Notes: generated by a model not told the origin, from the letters alone. Positions 1 to 10,372 are shown, counted from the first letter of the stretch. The stretch: DNA of 64,000 nt from Candidatus Omnitrophota bacterium (GCA_028870995.1 JAGWOI010000006.1:19514-83513), one strand, 5' to 3'. Program-made: numbers and translations.

Positions 1-1
1 T

Positions 2-994
2 ACCTTTATCGATAATTTTCAAGCCATTTTCGATACGGTGTTTAATTGGATACAGGACCTGGCCAATTATTTAGGGGTTCAGGCTAGTCATCCCGGGCCG
101 AATGATGCGGTCGCCATCAAACCGGAAAACGTTTTTGCCATCGGTGTGGACATTGCCAAGAAAATGCTCACCTTGAATTTCAAGTTTAATATATTCAGGG
201 TATTGTTGACGGCTCTGGTCTCGGTTATTTCAGCTGCGACAGTGCTGTATTGTTTTGCCGCCATTGGATTGGAGCTGCTTTTAGTCCAGATAGGCAGCAA
301 GATCATCTTGGCCGGGGGGATCTTTCTCTTGGGTTTTGCGGCCCTGCAATGGACCAGGGATTACGCCGAACGTTACATACACAGTTTCTTTCATTTGGGC
401 ATCAAAATGGTTTTTATTTATATCCTTATCGGTATCGGGTTAAGCTTGGCCCAAAACTGGACCGATGTCCTGAACCGAGCGTCTGTCGATAATCTGATTG
501 ATACCTACATGGCTGTTGTGATGGCTTCCTATATTTATTACAAACTTTGCATTAGGATACCGAACGAAGCGGTGACATGGTTAACGGGAAGGCTGGCCTT
601 AGGTTTTCAGACGGCTCCAGATGTAAAAACAGCGGCGCACGCAATGGGAACCGCGGTTAAAGTCGCGGGCAAAGAGGTTTATAAATCAATTGCCGGTATT
701 CCCAGTGACATTGCCGGCAGGCAGGGGGATGAAAGGGCTTATGCGGCGGCACAGCAGGAGGCCATTGCAAAGTTCAAGGCTGAAGGTAAGACGGTGAGCC
801 CACAGGATATCCGGAAGGAAACTGTCAGGACCCTTGGGGAAGCCAAATGGAACGAGATCGTGGAGGCTACCGGCGGAGCCCAATTAGCCAAGAAGATTAT
901 GACAATTACAGCCAAAGAATATCCCAAACCAAAATCCCGTTCCAAAAAAGACCCTGTGGCCGGATCTAACGACAGGGAGGATTTCTCGATATGA
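2..994 (+). CDS. trbL: P-type conjugative transfer protein TrbL / VirB6 family (5' end outside window)
   Basis: Frame is open from position 2. Multiple hydrophobic TM segments followed by an Ala/Gly/Lys-rich tail. Lies directly upstream of TrbF/TrbG/TrbI homologues. Confidence 0.8.
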   Translation, partial: TFIDNFQAIFDTVFNWIQDLANYLGVQASHPGPNDAVAIKPENVFAIGVDIAKKMLTLNFKFNIFRVLLTALVSVISAATVLYCFAAIGLELLLVQIGSKIILAGGIFLLGFAALQWTRDYAERYIHSFFHLGIKMVFIYILIGIGLSLAQNWTDVLNRASVDNLIDTYMAVVMASYIYYKLCIRIPNEAVTWLTGRLALGFQTAPDVKTAAHAMGTAVKVAGKEVYKSIAGIPSDIAGRQGDERAYAAAQQEAIAKFKAEGKTVSPQDIRKETVRTLGEAKWNEIVEATGGAQLAKKIMTITAKEYPKPKSRSKKDPVAGSNDREDFSI

Positions 995-1656
995 ATCCCA
1001 AGGTTGCCGACTCTTATATCAAGGCTCGTCAGGAATATGATGAAATCACCCATAACATCAATGCTTCCAAACGGAATTGGCAGCGGATGTCTTTTGTGCT
1101 TGGGCTTGCCCTAACTGTCAGCATCACCAGCAATATTTTTACCATCAAAAGAGCACATGTCATTCCTTACATTGTCCAAGTCGACAATATAGGCAGGGCC
1201 CTGGCTGTCAATGAAGCCAAGGAAGAGCCGATGAACGATCAGCGTGTTATCAAAGCCTTTGTTTACCAATACATTGATATGTCCCGCTCCGTCATTCCAG
1301 ACCCCGAAGCCTTGCGTAAAAATCTGTCGCAGGTTTACCGGGAATCCATACGGTCGGTTCAGAGGAATTTTCTGGACCCCTTTTATAAAGACAACAATCC
1401 TTTTGACTATGCGCAACAAAAGGGGACCAAGCACATTGAGCTATTGGTTTTCCTGAAAGAGGCCAGGAACACTTACTCCGTCGAATGGAGGGAGATAGAG
1501 CGAAATTATGACAATCAGGTGCTGGGAGAGTCTCATTATAAGGCCCTGGTTTCAGTCATCCAAATCCCTCCTGTCAAAGAGGACCAATATAGGGAAGACC
1601 CGTTAAATCCTTTTGGTTTATACGTCACTTCCTTGTCATGGGCAAGATTAACGTGA
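991..1656 (+). CDS. trbF: Type IV secretion VirB8/TrbF family protein
   Basis: N-terminal 'Y..AR.EYDE...NWQ', single TM, 'IPYIVQVD', C-terminal 'NPFGLYVTSLSW'. ATGA overlap with trbL. Confidence 0.9.
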   Translation: MNPKVADSYIKARQEYDEITHNINASKRNWQRMSFVLGLALTVSITSNIFTIKRAHVIPYIVQVDNIGRALAVNEAKEEPMNDQRVIKAFVYQYIDMSRSVIPDPEALRKNLSQVYRESIRSVQRNFLDPFYKDNNPFDYAQQKGTKHIELLVFLKEARNTYSVEWREIERNYDNQVLGESHYKALVSVIQIPPVKEDQYREDPLNPFGLYVTSLSWARLT

Positions 1657-1664
1657 GGGACATC

Positions 1665-2615
1665 ATGAAAAACACTTTACTGGTAGCCGTTATCTTATTA
1701 AGTGCCGGTTGTGCGGGGATACCTGAAAAAGGACCGGCAGGGGATGACCAGCCCTTGATTCAGCTGTCCAGTGCTATTCAGGGACAATGGACGCCTCCAG
1801 AGAATTCGGAACCTGGTTTTGAGGACATAAGTTTATCATCTCAAAGAAGGCTGCAAGTCCTGACCAACAAGATGGCCGTTGAGAAAGAAACCCGGAATTA
1901 TATGAATAATGGCCAGGCTGATGTGATCACGCAGCCGGATGGGACGATATTATATCCTTATGGTTTGGCTCAAGCCAATCTCATCGCCCAAAGGATGATG
2001 TATAGTAAAATTATTTTACAGGAAGGGGAAAAGATAATGTCTGCCGCAGCCGGCGATACGACCCGATGGAATATACTGCCCAATTATATCGGTAATGCCT
2101 CTTCTTATACTCCCGTGGTCCTGGTTAAGCCGTTAGTGGGTGGATTGCAAACCAGCCTTTCGATCATTACAGACAAGAGGGATTATGATATCAGCATGAA
2201 GTCCGTGGATTCGGGGGATTATACGGTCCGGATCGGTTTTTATTATCCTCAGGACATGGCGGATGCGATCAGGGTGGGATTACCGCAGGATAAAATCGAA
2301 AATAAAAACAGCCGGCAGCCTAGAATAAACATCGAAAATATCAAATATGATTATCGGATCAAGGGAAACCCAAGGCTTAGGTGGTACCCCACTAAAGTCT
2401 TTGACGACGGCCGTAAAGTATTCATCCGAATGCCCGATCAGATAGATCGATGGCAATTGCCGGTTTTTATGGCCATTGACCGGAGAGGGGAAATGGAAAT
2501 GGTCAATTACCGTTATTACAAACCTTACTTTATCGTGGATACCATTTTTGATCGAGGCATCCTTATGCTGGGCACGGATAGATACCGGCAGACCGTACAA
2601 TTGACTAGAGTATAA
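1665..2615 (+). CDS. trbG: Type IV secretion VirB9/TrbG family lipoprotein
   Basis: Lipobox LSAGC after ATG 1665 (SD GAGGGA). Motifs 'AGDTTRW', 'VLVKP', 'ITDKRDY', 'P.KVFDDGRKVFI', 'MVNYR'. Confidence 0.9.
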   Translation: MKNTLLVAVILLSAGCAGIPEKGPAGDDQPLIQLSSAIQGQWTPPENSEPGFEDISLSSQRRLQVLTNKMAVEKETRNYMNNGQADVITQPDGTILYPYGLAQANLIAQRMMYSKIILQEGEKIMSAAAGDTTRWNILPNYIGNASSYTPVVLVKPLVGGLQTSLSIITDKRDYDISMKSVDSGDYTVRIGFYYPQDMADAIRVGLPQDKIENKNSRQPRINIENIKYDYRIKGNPRLRWYPTKVFDDGRKVFIRMPDQIDRWQLPVFMAIDRRGEMEMVNYRYYKPYFIVDTIFDRGILMLGTDRYRQTVQLTRV

Positions 2616-3890
2616 ATGTTTAATCAGGCGCCTGAGAAAATCGTTGCGACCAACCGTTTGCCGGTAATTGTCGGTATTATTGTTTTCATCCTGGTCATGG
2701 CCGTTTTCGCGTATAAGTCTCAAATGCATGCAAAGGCACCTGCCACAGAGAGTCAACCCAAGCCATCCATTGATGCGTCTTCAAAGGCGCTGTCGGGAAA
2801 CTGGTTTAATGAGAAAAAATTCAAGGATATCAAAATAAACACCAACCTGGACGTACATAAGCCTAGTCTTAGAGAAATCGAAACTCAATTGGTCTCCGAC
2901 CAGGTGATGGCTTTGAAAAAAGAGGAAATGCAAGATTCCTATGAGACACAACTTGAGGTCAAGAAAATCGAGGATAAGAATATGATCGAAGAAAAGAAGC
3001 TCGAGCTGGAAGCCGATAAATCGCCTTTGAGTATCGAGGTGCCGCCTCCACCGGGAACTAAGGCTGACCCGAAAGCATCAACGCACCAGGATCCCTTGAC
3101 CGACAGCCTGCATGAAATCATTAACATGGCCAAATCATCGAGCCCGGACGAAAAACTATCAGCCTTAGGCGAGGCCGGGGCACAATTGGTCAATAATATT
3201 AATAATCAGGAGGGTAAACAATCGTTTTTGAAGAATATCGATACGGGCGGAGATTATTTGGAAAGCACCCTGCAAAAACCCCGTTCCCGTTATGAGATCA
3301 AGGCCGGCAGCTACATCCCCGCCGCCCTTATTACGGGGATCAACTCGGACTTGCCGGGTAATGTCAGCGCCCAAGTCACGGAAAATGTTTTTGATACGAT
3401 CACAGGAAATTATTTGTTGATTCCGCAGGGGGCGAGGCTGGTCGGTGAATACAACAGTAATTTAAGCTTTGGTCAAATGCGCGTCCAGGTGGTATGGAAA
3501 AGGATCATTTTTCCCGACGGAAAGAGCCTCGATCTTAAAAAGATGCAAGGAGCGGATATTTCAGGGTATACAGGATTTCATGACCAGATCAACAATCATT
3601 ATTTTAGGATTTATGGGAGCGCCGTCTTGCTGAGTTTCATGGGGGCAGGGTACGACATCTTAAATCAGGATAATCGGCAAAATCAGACTTACGAGAGCCC
3701 GCGTTCTATCGTTGCCGCCAACGTCGGCCAAAAGCTTTCCGATGTCAGCAGTCAAGCGCTGGAAAAGAATATGGATGTCCAACCCACGATCATCATTAAT
3801 CCGGGTTATAAGTTCAATATTATGGTGATTAAGGACATGGTTTTGGAGAATATCAAGGATGCTCAGGGAGCACTGGGTTACTCAGAATAA
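2616..3890 (+). CDS. trbI: Type IV secretion VirB10/TrbI protein
   Basis: N-terminal TM, Pro-rich linker, 'AGSYIPAALITGINSDLPG', 'IPQGARLVGEY', 'QPTIIINPG'. Confidence 0.93.
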   Translation: MFNQAPEKIVATNRLPVIVGIIVFILVMAVFAYKSQMHAKAPATESQPKPSIDASSKALSGNWFNEKKFKDIKINTNLDVHKPSLREIETQLVSDQVMALKKEEMQDSYETQLEVKKIEDKNMIEEKKLELEADKSPLSIEVPPPPGTKADPKASTHQDPLTDSLHEIINMAKSSSPDEKLSALGEAGAQLVNNINNQEGKQSFLKNIDTGGDYLESTLQKPRSRYEIKAGSYIPAALITGINSDLPGNVSAQVTENVFDTITGNYLLIPQGARLVGEYNSNLSFGQMRVQVVWKRIIFPDGKSLDLKKMQGADISGYTGFHDQINNHYFRIYGSAVLLSFMGAGYDILNQDNRQNQTYESPRSIVAANVGQKLSDVSSQALEKNMDVQPTIIINPGYKFNIMVIKDMVLENIKDAQGALGYSE

Positions 3891-4824
3891 ATTGAAACTG
3901 GATTTAGGAGAGCATGTTCTGTCGGCCCTTTTGGATGAGGAAGTCTACGAAGTCCTGCTCAATCCTGACGGGAAGCTATGGGTCGACGGTTATCGGGGCA
4001 AACGACGCTATGGTTCGATGGCGGCATCGGCGGCCCAAAATTTGATAAATACGATAGCAAGCGTCTCGAATGAGACCGTCACCCACCGCAATCCCAGTTT
4101 TTCCGGTGAGCTGTGGATCGAGATGGAAGGAGAATTTAAATTGTTCCGTTTTCAGGCCTTTATACCGCCGGTGGTCGCGTATCCCGCATTTGCCATCAGA
4201 AAAAGGGCGGGGAGAACCATTGCTTTGGAACAGTTTGTCCGGGATGAGATCCTTAACCCGCTCCAGGGAAAGATCATTAAAGACTTTGTTGAACGAAGAA
4301 AATCCATCATTGTCATTGGCGGAACTCAATCCGGCAAAACGACCCTGTGCAACGCGATCTTGGACTGTGTGGCCAAGGTCCATCCCGATGACAGGGTCGT
4401 TCTGATTGAGGACACCCAGGAACTGCAGTGTAATGTGGAGGACTGTGTAGCCCTGCGCTCGTCGCCTTTGCGTTCCATGAATGATTTAATTTTCGATTCC
4501 ATGCGAATGAGGCCGGACCGTATAGTTATCGGAGAGGTGCGAGGCAAGGAGGCGTATTCGCTCATTAAGGCGTGGAATACAGGACACCCCGGCGGTATCA
4601 GTACACTGCATGCCAACTCGACCTTAAGCGGTCTTTTAAGGCTGGAGCAACTGATCCTGGAAGCCGGCGTGCCGGCCTTGCCCGAAGCCGTCGCGGAAGC
4701 GGTGAACCTGCTTGTTTTTATCCAAAAAACCAACAAAGCCAAAAAGGGCCGCCAGGTGACCGATATGTTGGAGTTGAAGGGCTATGACAAGACCCATGGT
4801 TATCTGACCGCGGCACCCGCCTAA
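3859..4824 (+). CDS. trbB: P-type conjugative transfer ATPase TrbB / VirB11
   Basis: Walker A GGTQSGKTT, 'IEDTQEL', 'MRMRPDRIVIGEVRG', 'AWNTGHPGGISTLHANS'. Confidence 0.93.
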   Translation: MLREHWVTQNKLKLDLGEHVLSALLDEEVYEVLLNPDGKLWVDGYRGKRRYGSMAASAAQNLINTIASVSNETVTHRNPSFSGELWIEMEGEFKLFRFQAFIPPVVAYPAFAIRKRAGRTIALEQFVRDEILNPLQGKIIKDFVERRKSIIVIGGTQSGKTTLCNAILDCVAKVHPDDRVVLIEDTQELQCNVEDCVALRSSPLRSMNDLIFDSMRMRPDRIVIGEVRGKEAYSLIKAWNTGHPGGISTLHANSTLSGLLRLEQLILEAGVPALPEAVAEAVNLLVFIQKTNKAKKGRQVTDMLELKGYDKTHGYLTAAPA

Positions 4825-4841
4825 AAGACCTCCGGGATAGA

Positions 4842-4870
4842 TTGCATTTGCCCGTCTGTTTATGTAGAAT
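4842..4870 (+). promoter_or_regulatory. Sigma70-type promoter for the 4903-8032 unit
   Basis: TTGCAT-17bp-TAGAAT, then SD AAGGAGG before ATG 4903. Confidence 0.65.
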
Positions 4871-4902
4871 AAAATCAAACACTTCTTAAGGAGGTACCAA
4901 GC

Positions 4903-5250
4903 ATGCTGATACGCAAGGCGTTTCTCTTCTGTTTATTGGCCGCGGCTTTTCTGCCGCTTCGGGCCTACAGCCAGGAGTCGCTCATGACGGTTTTTGGGAC
5001 CGTGGTTTCCATGGACATCGAAAGCGGGGAACTCAATGTCAAGACCGATAAGGGCCTTATGGTCTTTTACATTTCCACTGAATCGAAACTGCTTCAGTTC
5101 ACGCATGCGATGTCTTCCCTGGAAATCGCCAACGGAGATCCCGTGGAAATCCAGTATACCAGCGCCGAAGGAAAGAATACCGTCATGAAACTGGTGGATA
5201 CCAACCAGGATATCAATCTTAAGTCCATGAAAAGCGGCTCCATATGGTAA
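4903..5250 (+). CDS. Secreted small beta-barrel/OB-fold protein (DUF5666-like)
   Basis: Signal peptide and 'GTVVS.D..SGEL.V...F.I...S.L......I..GDPVEIQY' pattern. Strong SD. Confidence 0.6.
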   Translation: MLIRKAFLFCLLAAAFLPLRAYSQESLMTVFGTVVSMDIESGELNVKTDKGLMVFYISTESKLLQFTHAMSSLEIANGDPVEIQYTSAEGKNTVMKLVDTNQDINLKSMKSGSIW

Positions 5251-5744
5251 ATGTCTTAAGCAGGATGGCTGTGGTCCTTTTGGGGGCGGTTTGCTTTCAG
5301 GCCATCGCCCTGGCCCAGGGGGCCGGCCAGCCCTCCGACGGAGTTCTCGTTTCGGGTGCCATCCAAGACCAGGAGGCCGTTTCCGCTACACTCATCCATG
5401 ACCAGGACCATGCCTCCCATCCGCCCGCGGAACAACAGCGGGACAACCCTGCCTCGCCGCCAGTCGATGATATCGTTCTTAAAGCCACTGAATCCATAGT
5501 CTCTTCCATGACGGTTAATTTAAAATTGACCTCTGACCAGGTCGATGCGGTCACGCCGATCATCCAGGACAACATAGCTAAAACAAGGGCCCTGCAGCAA
5601 AGCCTTCAGCATGGCGCCATCGACAGTAAGGCCATGATTAAGCAAAGGCAGCGGTTGTTCGATGAGGAGAACCGTAAGCTTGCTTCCGTCCTTAATCGAG
5701 ACCAAATGAAGGGCTGGGCCGTTATGCAAAGCGACTCGGAATGA
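5244..5744 (+). CDS. Secreted helical protein (Spy/CpxP/LTXXQ-like)
   Basis: Signal peptide ending 'ALA-QG'. 'LKLTSDQ' and 'VLNRDQ' motifs flank a helical bundle. Confidence 0.55.
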   Translation: MVNVLSRMAVVLLGAVCFQAIALAQGAGQPSDGVLVSGAIQDQEAVSATLIHDQDHASHPPAEQQRDNPASPPVDDIVLKATESIVSSMTVNLKLTSDQVDAVTPIIQDNIAKTRALQQSLQHGAIDSKAMIKQRQRLFDEENRKLASVLNRDQMKGWAVMQSDSE

Positions 5745-6583
5745 AAAAGTTTTTTTCATGGGCGGTCACGATTTCAGCTGTCTTGATCATTGTTTGGTTC
5801 GTGCGGCTGCTGCTTGAATCCAAAGAAGCCTTAAGATGGCCCCAAATCCCGGGCACGGTCATCTCATCCTCTCTGACCATCGATCATTTGCCTTCTTATT
5901 TGGATTGGAGCGGGGAACCCTGGCGCTGGTATGGGGTGGATGTCCGTTATCAATATTCACTTGGAGACATTACATATACCTCGAACAGCGTGGCCATCCG
6001 CAACACCGGCTATAGAAATCCCAAAGCCGCCTTGAAAATCATGAACGCCTACCGCCGGATGCGTAACGTCGAGGTATTTTATAACCCGGGTGATCCCAAG
6101 CAGTCTTTTCTTGAGCCCGCCAACTTAGGGGACCTTTTTATGCCGGGCACTCTGGCGTTCCTTATGCTCGTACTCTGGCTGTTGACCTGTGCCGAAGGTC
6201 CCCTGGAACTCAAGCCTTATGATGTCCATGATTACCAGCATTGGGGCAATTTCTACCTAAAGAGGAATAAATTTGACGAAGCCCTGCAGGAATTTAATAA
6301 AATCATCGAGGTCAGGCCTAATTTGTCCCAGGGGTATAAGATCAGGGGTAACTTATATTTTCAGCATGAAAAATGGGACGAGGCCATCGCTGACTTTAAT
6401 CAAGCCAAGGCCATCGATCCCACCGACCCGCAGGTTTTTCTTAAATTAGGCCAGGCCCATTTGGCCAAAAAGCAATACAATAAGGCCTGGGAACATATCC
6501 GCAAAGCCATGGACATGGGCCTGAAGGTCAAGTCCGAGATCCTTGAAGAAATCCAGTATAATGTCAAACCAGAAGAGGAGTGA
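5741..6583 (+). CDS. DUF3592-like membrane protein fused to C-terminal TPR repeats
   Basis: TM, 'WPQIPGTVISS', 'V.YQYS', 'VFYNPGDPKQSFLE', second TM, then three TPR-like repeats. Confidence 0.75.
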   Translation: MKKFFSWAVTISAVLIIVWFVRLLLESKEALRWPQIPGTVISSSLTIDHLPSYLDWSGEPWRWYGVDVRYQYSLGDITYTSNSVAIRNTGYRNPKAALKIMNAYRRMRNVEVFYNPGDPKQSFLEPANLGDLFMPGTLAFLMLVLWLLTCAEGPLELKPYDVHDYQHWGNFYLKRNKFDEALQEFNKIIEVRPNLSQGYKIRGNLYFQHEKWDEAIADFNQAKAIDPTDPQVFLKLGQAHLAKKQYNKAWEHIRKAMDMGLKVKSEILEEIQYNVKPEEE

Positions 6584-6589
6584 CATCCA

Positions 6590-8032
6590 ATGCAACCGCC
6601 ATTAAAGCTTTCTTCCCATAAAACTAAAATTGTCTGTACCATTGGTCCGGCATCGTCCGCGCTGCCCAGGCTGACGGCCATGGTGGAAAACGGGATGAAC
6701 ATCGCCCGTCTGAACTGTTCCCATGGCGAATTCAAGGAGCATGCGGAAAACATCCGCCATATCCGCGAGGTGGCCTCCCGTTTGGGCCGCATGGTCAGCA
6801 TTTTTATCGATCTGCCCGGCGTCAAGATGCGTATCGGCCGCCTTCAGCATGAGCCGGTGATGCTTAAAAAAGATGAAAAGGTGATCCTGACGACCAGAGA
6901 CGTGCCCGGGACGGACGTGCTTATCCCTGTCGAATACAAGCAGTTGGCCCGCAGCGTGTCCAAGGGCAAGACTATTTTTCTTAACGATGGATTTATCCAA
7001 TTGCTGGTGGAGCGGGTGTGCGGTCAGGACGTAATGTGCAAGGTTCTGGTCGGCGGACGGCTCACCACGCACAAAGGTCTTAATCTTCCGGGAGCCAAGC
7101 TTAATATCAATCCCGTCACCGAAAGGGACCTGGAGATCATTGAATTCGGCTTGAAACACGGCGTCAATACCTTCGGGCTTTCTTTTATCGAAAGACCGAA
7201 GGATATCGTCAAGATCAGGGAATTTGCCAGGAAGAAAGGCCATTCGGTATATTTGATCGCCAAGATCGAACGGCGGGGGGCTATTGAGAATTTCGATGAG
7301 ATCCTTAAAGTGGCCGACGCGGTCATGATCGCGCGGGGTGACCTGGGTGTTGAGGTCCCGATCGAAGAGGTGCCGGGGATCCAGAAGCGGCTTATCCAAA
7401 AGGCCAATCTCATGGGCCGCCCTGTGATCACCGCCACCCAGATGCTGGAATCCATGACTCAGAACGTGCGCCCCACCCGTGCGGAGGTCAACGATGTGGC
7501 CAATGCCATCCTGGACGGGACTGATGCCGTCATGCTTTCTCAGGAAACCGCGGTGGGCGATTATCCCGTTGAGACCGTGCAGATGATGGCCAAGATAGCC
7601 GCCACCACCGAGGCCCAGCGTGAAGCCGGGGAGCTTTTCGATGAGGGCATGCAGGTGGACGACAAGCTTTCCCGCAGCGGAGAGGCCCTCACGGTGACGG
7701 ACGTGACGGCGCTAAACGCCATCAGTTCGGCCCGCGAATTGGATGCCCGTTATATCGTCTCGCCAACTACCAGCGGCAGCACCACCCGCCGCATATCCAG
7801 GTACAAGCCGCATTGCTGGATCTTGTGCTTCTGCATCCATCCCAAGGTCTGTGATTTTGTGAATTTTTCTTACGGGGTGCAGGCGTTCTTTTTGAACAAG
7901 AAAATTACGCACGAGCTTTTATTCAAGACCATTCAGGAGTTTAAACTGGTCAAAAGGGGCGACACCGTCATTTTTACGGAGCGGCGGCTGTCCAAGGACC
8001 ATACTGATTCCTTGTGCATTGTCAAGGTATAG
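6590..8032 (+). CDS. pyk: Pyruvate kinase
   Basis: 'KTKIVCTIGPAS', 'ARLNCSHG', 'IAKIE', 'MIARGDLGVE', 'ATQMLESM', 'PTRAEVNDVANAILDGTDAVMLS'. Confidence 0.97.
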   Translation: MQPPLKLSSHKTKIVCTIGPASSALPRLTAMVENGMNIARLNCSHGEFKEHAENIRHIREVASRLGRMVSIFIDLPGVKMRIGRLQHEPVMLKKDEKVILTTRDVPGTDVLIPVEYKQLARSVSKGKTIFLNDGFIQLLVERVCGQDVMCKVLVGGRLTTHKGLNLPGAKLNINPVTERDLEIIEFGLKHGVNTFGLSFIERPKDIVKIREFARKKGHSVYLIAKIERRGAIENFDEILKVADAVMIARGDLGVEVPIEEVPGIQKRLIQKANLMGRPVITATQMLESMTQNVRPTRAEVNDVANAILDGTDAVMLSQETAVGDYPVETVQMMAKIAATTEAQREAGELFDEGMQVDDKLSRSGEALTVTDVTALNAISSARELDARYIVSPTTSGSTTRRISRYKPHCWILCFCIHPKVCDFVNFSYGVQAFFLNKKITHELLFKTIQEFKLVKRGDTVIFTERRLSKDHTDSLCIVKV

Positions 8033-9875
8033 GGGTTTGGTCCAGACGATCGTCGATCATCCTGGCGAAGAAGGAAAACAGGTGCTCCCTCACACGGTCT
8101 TTCAAGATAGAGGGGTCCCACTGAAAATTTTCCCGGTAGAGGTTGCCCGAAAGCCTGAATTCGAAGGGCAGGGTCCATGCCCCATGGACGAGGCCGATGA
8201 CCTGCCTGCCGATCGGTGATTCACTCAATAAGTTTTTCGAAAAGCGCAAGGCAAGCCGGCTGGAAACAAAATCATCTTCATCCAGATGGTAGAATCCGTT
8301 TAAATCAAATCCTTCCGTTATAAGACTGATGTCATCGAACAGTTTGGCCCTTCCCTCGATCTTAAAGCGGGTGGAAAGCTCCATGCCGCCGATATGGGAG
8401 AGGGAGGGCATCTGCAGGAGTTTGGCCATCCATTCTTGAAAATCGGACCCTTCAAAATCGCCGTGGTGCAAACTTAAGGCGCCCTCGAGTTCAATCTGCC
8501 TGGAAACTTGAAGATTGAAATATCCTGCTAAAACGCCGCGACCGTGTTTGAAAAAACTGAAGGCGTCCGCCAACCGACTGATATCGAGGTCCTCGAAGCG
8601 GCCATGGCCTTTGATCGCCCAGGGCAGGGAAGAGGTGTCTACAAAAATGCGGCTGTCGGCATGGCCGGATAGTATGTCGGCGGACATGGCGATGGCTTTT
8701 TGATAGGCCCGGGCATAGTTGAAACTGGCCCAAACATGGCGCATCGGGACCATATGGGCCCGTCCTTGAAGGAAAAAGGTGCTTTGCAAGTCCTTGATCT
8801 TTAAACTCAAGAACCGGCCGTTGACGATCAGCAGCTTTAAGCCGTCGAAATCACCGTGGACCGCTTGCAAGGCGGTGGGGGAATTATCAAAAAGAAAATG
8901 AACATCAGAGCTTCCGTTGCTGACGAGGCCCTGGAGGGTGTTTTGGACATGAAGATGCAGTTGGATGTCTTTTAAAGGTGCCAGTTCGTTGATGTTCTGA
9001 ACGGGACGGCGTAAGGCCATAGCGCCATCGCATGAAAAAAGCTCCTCCCTGGAGCAGCTGCCGGCTATATAAACATTGTCTTTATCAAGGTTAAAGGAGA
9101 GGCGTTTGAGGACAATGGATTTGTCCTGCAGCTGGGCGTGGCCGTCGATGTCCAGAATATAATATTTGTCATAGAAGACGTACCCATTCCAGTCGATGTA
9201 ACGGCCATGCCACCGGCCCCAGAGATTGATCAAGGCGGCGTTACGCTTTAAGGTGAATTTGTCCACATCAAAGCCGGAAGGCGCGACATGCCCGTCGATC
9301 TCAAAATAAAAAGTTTTTTTGCCTTCCTTCCATGAGCCGTTGGCCTGCACCCTGTCCGCGACATTTTGCAGCTTCAGGCCCAAGCCGATGGTCCTGCCGT
9401 GGCCGGCAAGGATTTGCCCGTGCAGGACCGTAAGTTTCAGGTTGCCGTGAGGGATTTCTTTGAGCCAGGCCAGGACTTCCTTGCCGTGCCGGGACCAATA
9501 ATTTCTTAATCTGGGAAAATCCAGGATCCCCTTGTCCAGGGACACGGAATTAAGACGGATGGAGGAAGAAAGCAGGGGAAAAGAAAATCCCAGAGTGAGT
9601 TTATCCGCCCGAAGCAGAGGAGTTTGGCTGTCATCTGAAAAGATCTTGAAATCCGAAAGAATGAGATAATTGGGAAAACGGTATTGCGCCTTGGCAAAGG
9701 AAATGTTTGTTTTGGACTGCTGGGCAACTAGATGCGAATAAGAAAGGCTGTAATCAGGGATCCAGCGGTTGACATACAGGGAAAGAATAGCGGCGAAGCA
9801 GGCAATCGTCAGGATGAGAATAAAGACGTATTTCCATTTAGAAAGGGACCTCTGTAAAAAGCCCACCGTTGACAT
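8022..9875 (-). CDS. AsmA-like membrane-anchored beta-rich envelope protein
   Basis: N-terminal TM anchor followed by ~590 aa of alternating hydrophobic beta-strands. C-terminal 'LPFEFRLSGNL' resembles AsmA C-termini. Confidence 0.55.
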   Translation of the reverse strand: MSTVGFLQRSLSKWKYVFILILTIACFAAILSLYVNRWIPDYSLSYSHLVAQQSKTNISFAKAQYRFPNYLILSDFKIFSDDSQTPLLRADKLTLGFSFPLLSSSIRLNSVSLDKGILDFPRLRNYWSRHGKEVLAWLKEIPHGNLKLTVLHGQILAGHGRTIGLGLKLQNVADRVQANGSWKEGKKTFYFEIDGHVAPSGFDVDKFTLKRNAALINLWGRWHGRYIDWNGYVFYDKYYILDIDGHAQLQDKSIVLKRLSFNLDKDNVYIAGSCSREELFSCDGAMALRRPVQNINELAPLKDIQLHLHVQNTLQGLVSNGSSDVHFLFDNSPTALQAVHGDFDGLKLLIVNGRFLSLKIKDLQSTFFLQGRAHMVPMRHVWASFNYARAYQKAIAMSADILSGHADSRIFVDTSSLPWAIKGHGRFEDLDISRLADAFSFFKHGRGVLAGYFNLQVSRQIELEGALSLHHGDFEGSDFQEWMAKLLQMPSLSHIGGMELSTRFKIEGRAKLFDDISLITEGFDLNGFYHLDEDDFVSSRLALRFSKNLLSESPIGRQVIGLVHGAWTLPFEFRLSGNLYRENFQWDPSILKDRVREHLFSFFARMIDDRLDQTPIP

Positions 9876-10365
9876 ACAGTCCTACCTTGTTGATGTAATA
9901 CACCAGCTTGTACTTGCGTTGAAAAGCGGAAAAATACTTAAAATATTTTCTTTCATTAAAAATGAAGGTGAGTTGGCGAAAAGAGGCCACTTGATGGCGG
10001 TACTTCTTGACCAGATTCGGTTTTTTTTCAATTTGAGCGATTTTGTATAGATAAACCAAAGCGATCAGGGATTCCTGACGCTTGGGATAACGCTTATAGA
10101 AATTCTCAAACTCAGCCGCGGCCATGGAGAAGTTTTTTTGCAGAAAGAAGTATTCCCCCAGCCCGAAGAATGAGGCCGGGGCCCAGCGGGAATCAGGGTA
10201 GAAGTGCGTAATGGAGTGAAAGCCCATGAAGGCAAAGTCATACTCACCCTGTTTGGCAGACGCAACGGCTTCCTGCCATTCCAGACCAGCCTCCGAGGCT
10301 CTCACACAAGGCACTGCCACAACACCCTGCAACAATAATGAAAGAATGATAACGTACAACTTCAT
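9838..10365 (-). CDS. Secreted TPR protein (BamD/YbgF-like)
   Basis: Signal peptide, 'YPDSRWAPASFFGLGEYFF', 'F..FYKRYP'. Confidence 0.65.
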   Translation of the reverse strand: MKLYVIILSLLLQGVVAVPCVRASEAGLEWQEAVASAKQGEYDFAFMGFHSITHFYPDSRWAPASFFGLGEYFFLQKNFSMAAAEFENFYKRYPKRQESLIALVYLYKIAQIEKKPNLVKKYRHQVASFRQLTFIFNERKYFKYFSAFQRKYKLVYYINKVGLYVNGGLFTEVPF

Positions 10366-10372
10366 TAGTTAA

